Below, piece by piece: positions 1 through 64,000 of a DNA stretch of 64,000 bases (its first letter is position 1; each line of letters starts with the position of its first letter). The stretch lies in the NCBI GenBank assembly GCA_039621445.1, contig CP154954.1, positions 31,830,012-31,894,011 of the forward strand, read 5' to 3'. Position numbers and translations under genes: made by a program. The notes under the pieces are model-generated. The model was not told the origin of the DNA. It did not search any database and was given only the letters and a program-made list of their open reading frames with translations. The stretch comes from Euglena gracilis. Taxonomy: Eukaryota.

Positions 1-2741
1 ATACATACATACATGCATACATGCATACATACATACATACATACATACATGCATACATACATACATACATACATACATACATACATACATACATACATAC
101 ATACATACATACATACATGCATACATACATACATACATACATGCATACATGCATACATACATACATACATACATACATACATACATGCATACATACATAC
201 ATACATACATACATACATACATACATACATACATGCATACATACATACATACATACATACATACATACATACATACATACATGCATACATACATACATAC
301 ATACATACGTACATACATACATACATACATACATACATGCATACATACATACATACATACATACATACATACATACATACATACATACATACATACATAC
401 ATACATACATACATACATACATACGTACATACATACATACATACATACGTACATACATACATACATACATACATACATACATACATACATACATACATAC
501 ATACATACATACATACATACATACATACATACATACATACATACATACATACATACATACATACATACATACATACGTACATACATACATGCATACATAC
601 ATACATGCATACATACATACATACATGCATACATACATACATACATACATACATACGTACATACATACATGCATACATACATACATGCATACATACATAC
701 ATACATACATGCAATACATACATGAAACATACATACATGCATACAATACATACATACATACATACATACATACATACATGCAATACATAATACATACATA
801 CATACATATGCATACATGCATACATGCATACATACACATACAATACATACATACATACAATACATACATACATACAATACATGCATACATGCATACATAC
901 ATACATACATACATGCACACATACATACGTACATACATACTACATACATACATACAATACAATGACATACAACATACAGACATACATACTGCATACATAC
1001 AACATACATACATACATACAGACAGACAATACAGACATACACATACAATGCATACATACATACAATGCATACATACATACATGCATACAGACATGCAATA
1101 CATGCATACTACATGCATACATACATACATGCGTACATGCATACAATGCAACATACATGCATACATGCATACATACATACATACATACATACATACATAC
1201 ATAAATGCATACACAATACATACAAATACATACATACAATGCATACAGACATACATACTACATGCATACATACACATACATACATACAATACATACATAC
1301 ATACATACATACATACATACATACATACATACATACATACATACCTACAATACATAATACATACATACATACATACATACATACATAAAACATACATAAA
1401 TACATACCTACATACATACATACAAAGACGTACATACATACATACATACAATGCACATACATACATGCATACATACATACATGCATACATACATACATAC
1501 GTACATACATCACATGCGTACATACATACATACATACATACATACATGCATACATACATACATACATACATACATGCATACATACATGCATACATGCATA
1601 CATACATACATACATACATACATACATACATACATACATACATACATACATACATACATACATACAAAAATACATACATACATACATACATACATACATA
1701 CATACATACATACATACATACATACATACATACATACATACATACATACATACATACATACATACATACATGCATACATACATGCATACATACATGCATA
1801 CATGCATACATACATACATACATACATACATACATACATACATACATACATACATACATACATACATACATACATGCATACATACATACATACATACATA
1901 CATACATACATACATACATACACATACATAGGCCACTACAGACATACATAAATACAAACATACTTACACACACACTCATACATACATACATACATACCTA
2001 CATACATACGTACGTACGTACGTACATACATACATACGGACATACATACATACATACATAACATACATACATACATACATACATACATACATACATACAT
2101 ACATACATACATACATACATACATACATACATACATACATACATACATACATACATGCATACATACATACATACATGCATACATACATGCATACATGCAT
2201 ACATACATGCATACATACATACATACGTACATACATCACATGCGTACATACATACATACATACATACATACATACATACATACATACATACATACATACA
2301 TACATACATACATACATACATACATACATACAAACATACATACATACATACATGCACACATACATACATACATACATACATACATACATACATACATACA
2401 TACATACATACATACATCAATACAAACATAACATACATACATACATACATACAAACATACATACATACATACATACATACATACATACATACATACGTAC
2501 ATACATACATACATACATACGTACGTACGTACGTACGTACGTATGTACGTACATACATACATACATACATACATACATACATACGTACATACATCACATG
2601 CGTACATACATACATACATACATACATACATACATACATACATACATACATACATACATACATACATACATACATACATACATACATACATACATACATA
2701 CATACATACATACATACATACATACATACATGCATACATAC
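1..2741. repeat. Long (ATAC)n tetranucleotide microsatellite with ATGC/GTAC variants; truncated by the window start
   Basis: Directly visible. It produces the spurious HTYI/MYVC ORFs. Confidence 0.98.
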
Positions 2742-2926
2742 AATATAAAAAATAATTTGATTTTGGACACCTGTTCGATGCCAGGACGGCCCTTAGACAT
2801 AAAATAGATGCCTTAAAAATTGGAAATGCCTTAAAACCCAGAAAATTTACGCCTTAAAAATAATACCCTTGTGTGGCGACCCCATTGAGCTGCCACAGGG
2901 AAGAATACTAAAAATACTCAAAGCTC

Positions 2927-48470
<45,544 letters not shown>

Positions 48471-48860
48471 GGGGCCCCCGCTGCCGGGGCTCTATTCCGC
48501 CCAAGCCCACAGCCCAGCCGAGGGGTGGGTGGGGAGGGGGACCGCGAGGGGGGGTGTGTGGGGTGGTGTGGCACTGAGGCAGTCAAGCGGGGGCGGGTCG
48601 AGGTGGGGGTTCGCTGTTGGCAGGGGTGGTTTGCGCGGGGGCGGGGGCGGGGGCGGCAGCACTGCGGCGGGCCCAGTCCGGCGCCCCACCCACCCACCCC
48701 GGGGTGGGGCGGCGGTGCCGCGGCCCACGGCCGCGGGGCGGGGGATGGCAGTGCAGGAAGGCGGTCAGCGAACCGGGGGTGTTACGGGTAGTGCGTGTGT
48801 GTGTGTGTGTGTGTGTTGTGTTGTGTTGTGTTGTGTTGTGTTGTGTTGTGTTGTGTTGTG

Positions 48861-48905
<45 letters not shown>

Positions 48906-49103
48906 GTGTTGTGTGTGTGTGTGTGTGTGTTGTGTTGTGTTGCGTTGTGCTGTGTTGTGTTGTGTTGTGTGTGTGTTGTGTGTGTGCATGCGCGCTTGTG
49001 TACGTGTGTGTATGTGTGTTGTGTGTTGTGTGTGTGTGTGTGTGTGTGTTGTGCGTTGTGTATGTTTGTGTGTGTTGTGTGTTGTGTGTGTGAGTGTGAG
49101 TGT

Positions 49104-49136
<33 letters not shown>

Positions 49137-49180
49137 CATTGTGTATGTGTGTGTGTTGTGTGCTGTGTGTGTTTGTGTGT

Positions 49181-50839
49181 CAGGGCGGTCCTTAAGCAAA
49201 AAAAAAATCCTGTCCCCATACACTCAACCAAAAAATAAGGAAAAGGGGATATTGGCCGGGGAATTTTTTTTGAAAAAAAATATTTTGAAAAATGAACCCA
49301 AAATACATGGTTTTTTGATGGAAAATCACATTTTTTCCCAAAAAAATCTCCAAAATTTTAGGGCTGAAAATTGTTAGTTTTTAGGAGGGCGGTCAAAAAA
49401 ATGCAGGTCAAAAAGTGGGACCAAATTTTGGAACATTCAAATTTTACTGACATTTTTTCCCTCGGAATTTTTTTGGATTTTCAGTGGTATTTTTTGCTTC
49501 AAAAATTTCTCAAAATCAAAATTTTGAGAAATGTTGAAATTTTAGAAGGTGTGGAAAAAATGGGGTTTGGGGGGGTTTGGGCAACATTTTGGGCAGCATT
49601 TTCACCAATTTCGGAAAAACGGGGGATTTGGGCTGAAAAAAATTTGAAATGTTTTTGAAAAATGAACCCAAAATACCGGGGGGGGGAATTTGGGGCTAGA
49701 TTGGTGCCAAACCTGAAAACGACCCGGAAAAAATTGGCAGGACTTTTTATGTGAAAACGTCCAGTTATGGCAAGATTTCTTCCATGGCAACCAAAAAAAG
49801 TGGGGGAAAATGGGAAAAAATTGGCACGATTTTCAAAAAAGGGCCGGAAAAAATTGACAGGATTTCTGCAGGGGGGGGGGAAATGCGCTCGCCCGGCCTC
49901 GGAAAAAATGCGCAAAAAAATGCGCAAAAAAATGTGCAAAAAATGCGCATTTTTGGAAAAAATGCGCAAAAATGTGCAAAATCCGAGGAAAAATGCACAA
50001 AAATCACGAAAATGCAAAAATTACCCAAAAACATGCAAAAATGGCACCAAATTTGAAGAAATTATGTAGAATAATGAGGAAAATGTTAGTTTCAAAAAAA
50101 GTCGAAAATTTCAAATTTTTGCAAAAAATTGCAAAAATGGTCAAAAAAATGCGAAAATTTTGGAAAATCATGAAAAAATGTGCCAAAAAGCAAAAAAATG
50201 CGCTGAAAAAAATGAAAAAAATGTGCAAAAAATGCGAAAAAAAGCGCAAAAATGCGCATTTTTGGAAAATTTGAAAAAATGCGAAAAAATGCGAAAAAAT
50301 GCGAAACGCATCCCCCCCCCTGATTTCTGTACGCCATTTTTTTCCCAATCAATTTTTCGGCCTCCAATTTTTTCCCCCACACGGTACATGATTTTTTGAT
50401 GGAAAACCACATTTTTTTCACAAAAAAATCTCAAAGATCTCAGGGTTAAATTTGGTAGTTTTTAGGAGGGGGGTGAAAAAAGCGAAGGGTAAAAAAAAGT
50501 GGACCAAATTTTGGCACAATCGAAATTTTACTGACATTTTTTCCCTTGGAATTTTTTTGGATTTTCAATGGCTTTTTTTGCTTCAAAAAACTCTTAAAAC
50601 TAAATTTTTGAGAAAATGTTGAATTTTTGGAAGGTGTGAAAAAATGGGGTTTTTGAGGGGTTTTTGGGGGGACCTCCTATATGGGTCCCAAAATGGGTCA
50701 AAACAAACACCCGGCGCCGAAGGCGCTGGAATTTTTTTTCAGGTCCAATTTTTCGGGTTTCTGCGTATTGGGGGGGGGGCGGTCCTTAAGGGGCGGTCCT
50801 TAACTAAAAAAAAAATCCCGTCCCTTATGGACCGCTCTG
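49181..50839. mobile_element. hAT-like non-autonomous element with 8-bp TSD
   Basis: ttgtgtgt|CAGGGCGGTCCTTAAG ... CTTATGGACCGCTCTG|ttgtgtgt (TIR 14/16). Internal ~280-bp direct repeat (~49300-49580 vs ~50385-50660) and an aaaaatgcgc satellite. Confidence 0.8.
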
Positions 50840-52068
50840 TTGTGTGTGTGAGGCTTTTGCTGAAAAACCTGTGGGGATCCACTGGCTATGAGCCACCAGT
50901 AAAAAGCCAATAGCTAGACTCCCCCCCAGAACGGTACAGGGGTTTACTGACCGGAAAAAATTCCCCGACGCTGCACAGGTTTTGGGGATGAAAAAAAATT
51001 ACAGAGCTTTGCCCCGGTCACTGGGACAAAAAAAACCGGAGAAAAATACTTTCCACTCGATAGCTTCAGGCAGACCCTCCCGGGGTCCACTAGCATTTCC
51101 GCTGACCAAATTTGGACTACCTGCAGGCGAGCCCCCCCCCCCCCCCAGGGGCACTGTGAACCCTTAAATGGAATCCTGGTGTGGGAGGGGGTGGGGGTGT
51201 GGGGGTGGGTGTGGGTGTGGGTCAGGGACAGCCGGGGCGGAGTGCAGCGGCGGTCGGCAGGCTTCCTTTGGCGGACCCTGGGGTCCCTGCGGCCGGGCGG
51301 TCGGTTTGGAAGGTGGGACGGGATGACGCGCATCGTGGGGCCTTTTGTTTCCTCCTTTAAAGGAGGGGGGGGGCCCGTAGCCCCGTGGGGCACGTTTTGG
51401 ACCGGGGTGGGTCTGGGAATGCGATGGTTTGCGCCGGGAAACAGAAACTCAAACCGCCCCTCCAGCGCTTTGAGTCACTCCCCTCGGGCCAGGAGAGGGG
51501 TTTCCACCCAAAAAATCGAAACTGAGAAATGCCCCCAAAACCACCGGTTGTTAAAATCATTTTTTGACCCTAAATTTGCACTGGCCAGCCCTCTTCCGAC
51601 CCAATTTCGCCCATTTTTGACCCATTCTTGCACCTCCGAAAGCGAAAGATCCATTGCCGTCCAATAAATAAACGCAAATAAAAACGTCCATAGGGGGAAG
51701 GGGGTCAGAGGCTGGAAAAAGGCTGCTGGCTAGCTTCAACACCCCCCGCTCCGGCTTAAGCGACATCCTGGTTTCGACGGACGGAGCAACCAATCCTTTC
51801 CTTGGGTCCAATCTTGGGTAAAACCCTGCGGGCTGGCTGAAAATTTCCAAACAAACGGTATGAGGACCACCGCCCTTTGGAGGATTCAAAAAAGCCTGCT
51901 GCGGGGACCAGTGCAGGGTCATGACGCGTGGACACACGCGCAGAGGGGTCAGACAGGCAGCCCTCGGGAGCCACCGCCTCCGGCGCCAATCATCGCTGCC
52001 TGGGCCGCCCGCCTCCCCCTGACACGCGGGGGCGGCCTCACAGTGGCCAGGCAGTCCGCCCTGCCCCC

Positions 52069-62610
<10,542 letters not shown>

Positions 62611-62739
62611 ACAGAGAATTCAGCGGTTTCGTTTATTTTGTATATTATAATTATATCTATTATACACACAGATATATATATATATATATATGCACATATA
62701 CACGTCTATTAGTATATAACATATATTATATTTATATAT

Positions 62740-63245
62740 GGCAGCAAGACTTTAGCAAGACTTTAGAGTAAAGTCTCCAGGGGGGGGTCCGTGTAGCATC
62801 CCCCGCGTCCCCCGTTCCCCCCGTTTCGGCCCCGCGGGGCCCCGGAACAGCGCCGGATCCGGGCCAAATCTGTCGGATCCGGGGAGATTCCGCACTTATT
62901 ATCAGAGGAATATGGTTAGGGTAAGAATCGGCGCACAGAAAATTTGCGCTGTTTAGGGATAAAGTTAGGCCGGAAGTTAGGTCGCCGTTTTGAAGATTTT
63001 TGGGTCGCCCTTTCGTCGTAATTTTACCGCAATTCGACCCTAATTCGGTCGGAAACTGTCGGCAATGCGGCCGAACCTCTCCCTAAATTCCAAATGGGGG
63101 CGCCGTCCCGGAATCCGGTCGGAACCCTAACCCTATCCCGAGAAATAGCCCCGAATTTTCCCGAAGCTTGGGCGTGGGGGATGCTACACGGACCCCCCCC
63201 CTGGAGACTTTACTCGGCCCGTGGGCCGAGTAAACTCTTGCTACC
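62740..63245. mobile_element. MITE with long (sub)terminal inverted repeats inserted in (TA)n
   Basis: ggcagcaaga..gagtaaagtctccag(g)ntccgtgtagcatccccc and ggggatgctacacgga(c)ntggagactttactc..tcttgctacc. TA repeats on both flanks. Confidence 0.85.
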
Positions 63246-64000
63246 TTATATATATATATCTTGATTTCCAAACCTTTAAAAAAATGTGGAAAAACCTCAA
63301 GCATTTTGGGAAACCAATCATAATTGAAAGATTGCTTTTTAATGGAGACTGAAAAAAGTTGACGGAATCGAGACTGAAAGAAAACGCTGAAAATGTAAGC
63401 GTTTGTGGTTCTCGTTTTTGTACTCAGTATGCGTCAAAAAGGGCACAGCAGAATCTCTGCTTCTGATTTGGAAACACCTATTTTGGAACATAATCGGAGA
63501 CAAAGTAATGGAAAATTTCCGACGAACTTTTGGAGGACCTCTCTTTGAGGAGTCCTTTGGAGGACCTCCCTTTCATGTTGGTTCAACACTCATCTTTATT
63601 TTTGGAGCAGGACCTGCCCGCAAAGCTGGTTTAACTGCCACTGTGTGGGGTACATTGACCAGCGAACCTTTCTGGCAGGCAGGGGGATCAGATTTACCCT
63701 TCCAAATACAGGGTGCAAGCAGAGGAGCCCTAGCCGACGGAGTGAGCAAGTCTGTTCTTGAGCACCTCTCCCCCCCCAGGCTGACCAAACAAAGGAATGG
63801 CCAGCCATTCAACAATTTACGATGCAAATGCAAATGCCTCAAAAACACAACTTTCTTGGATATTTCCCACCTCAGAGACACACTCTGAACTGTCTGTTCT
63901 GTTTTTTTTTTTTGGCCGGCGAAACCCTGGTTGATGAGGGAAAAATATGCAACCCCTTCGAAAAGATCACTACAACTGCACAGTGTTTGGAGGCGTAGCC

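Noticed and set aside
13-2807. Long ORFs (682 aa etc.) of HTYI/MYVC repeats
   Set aside because: Translations of the ATAC microsatellite. The same applies to the HT/CV ORFs over CA tracts.
63403-63888. 161-aa plus-strand ORF, or upstream exon of gene 1
   Set aside because: No recognisable domain and atypical codon usage. A possible stem partner near 63450 gives no in-frame ATG.

Overview
This is intron-rich eukaryotic nuclear DNA, most consistent with a euglenid (Euglena-like); the taxon is inferred from intron type. Most ORFs in the supplied track are microsatellite or repeat artefacts. Two minus-strand multi-exon genes can be reconstructed by hand. Gene 1 (~52069-62610) encodes a TTD14/NadR-type P-loop (AAA_28) protein with a CYTH-like C-terminal region. 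Gene 2 (~2930-48470) encodes a large unknown protein with two copies of an unrecognised ~190-aa domain, a coiled-coil-like region and a low-complexity tail. Both genes mix GT/GC-AG introns with euglenid nonconventional introns (5'-N3 CAG...CTG N5-3', base-paired ends). Main observation: the window holds many non-autonomous TIR elements that start CAG, end CTG and are flanked by 8-bp target-site duplications (hAT-like). Several of them, plus 3 nt of one TSD copy and 5 nt of the other, coincide exactly with a nonconventional intron, so splicing would restore the pre-insertion coding sequence. Decayed 8-bp duplications remain at many other nonconventional junctions. All splice junctions are inferred from DNA alone and need RNA confirmation.
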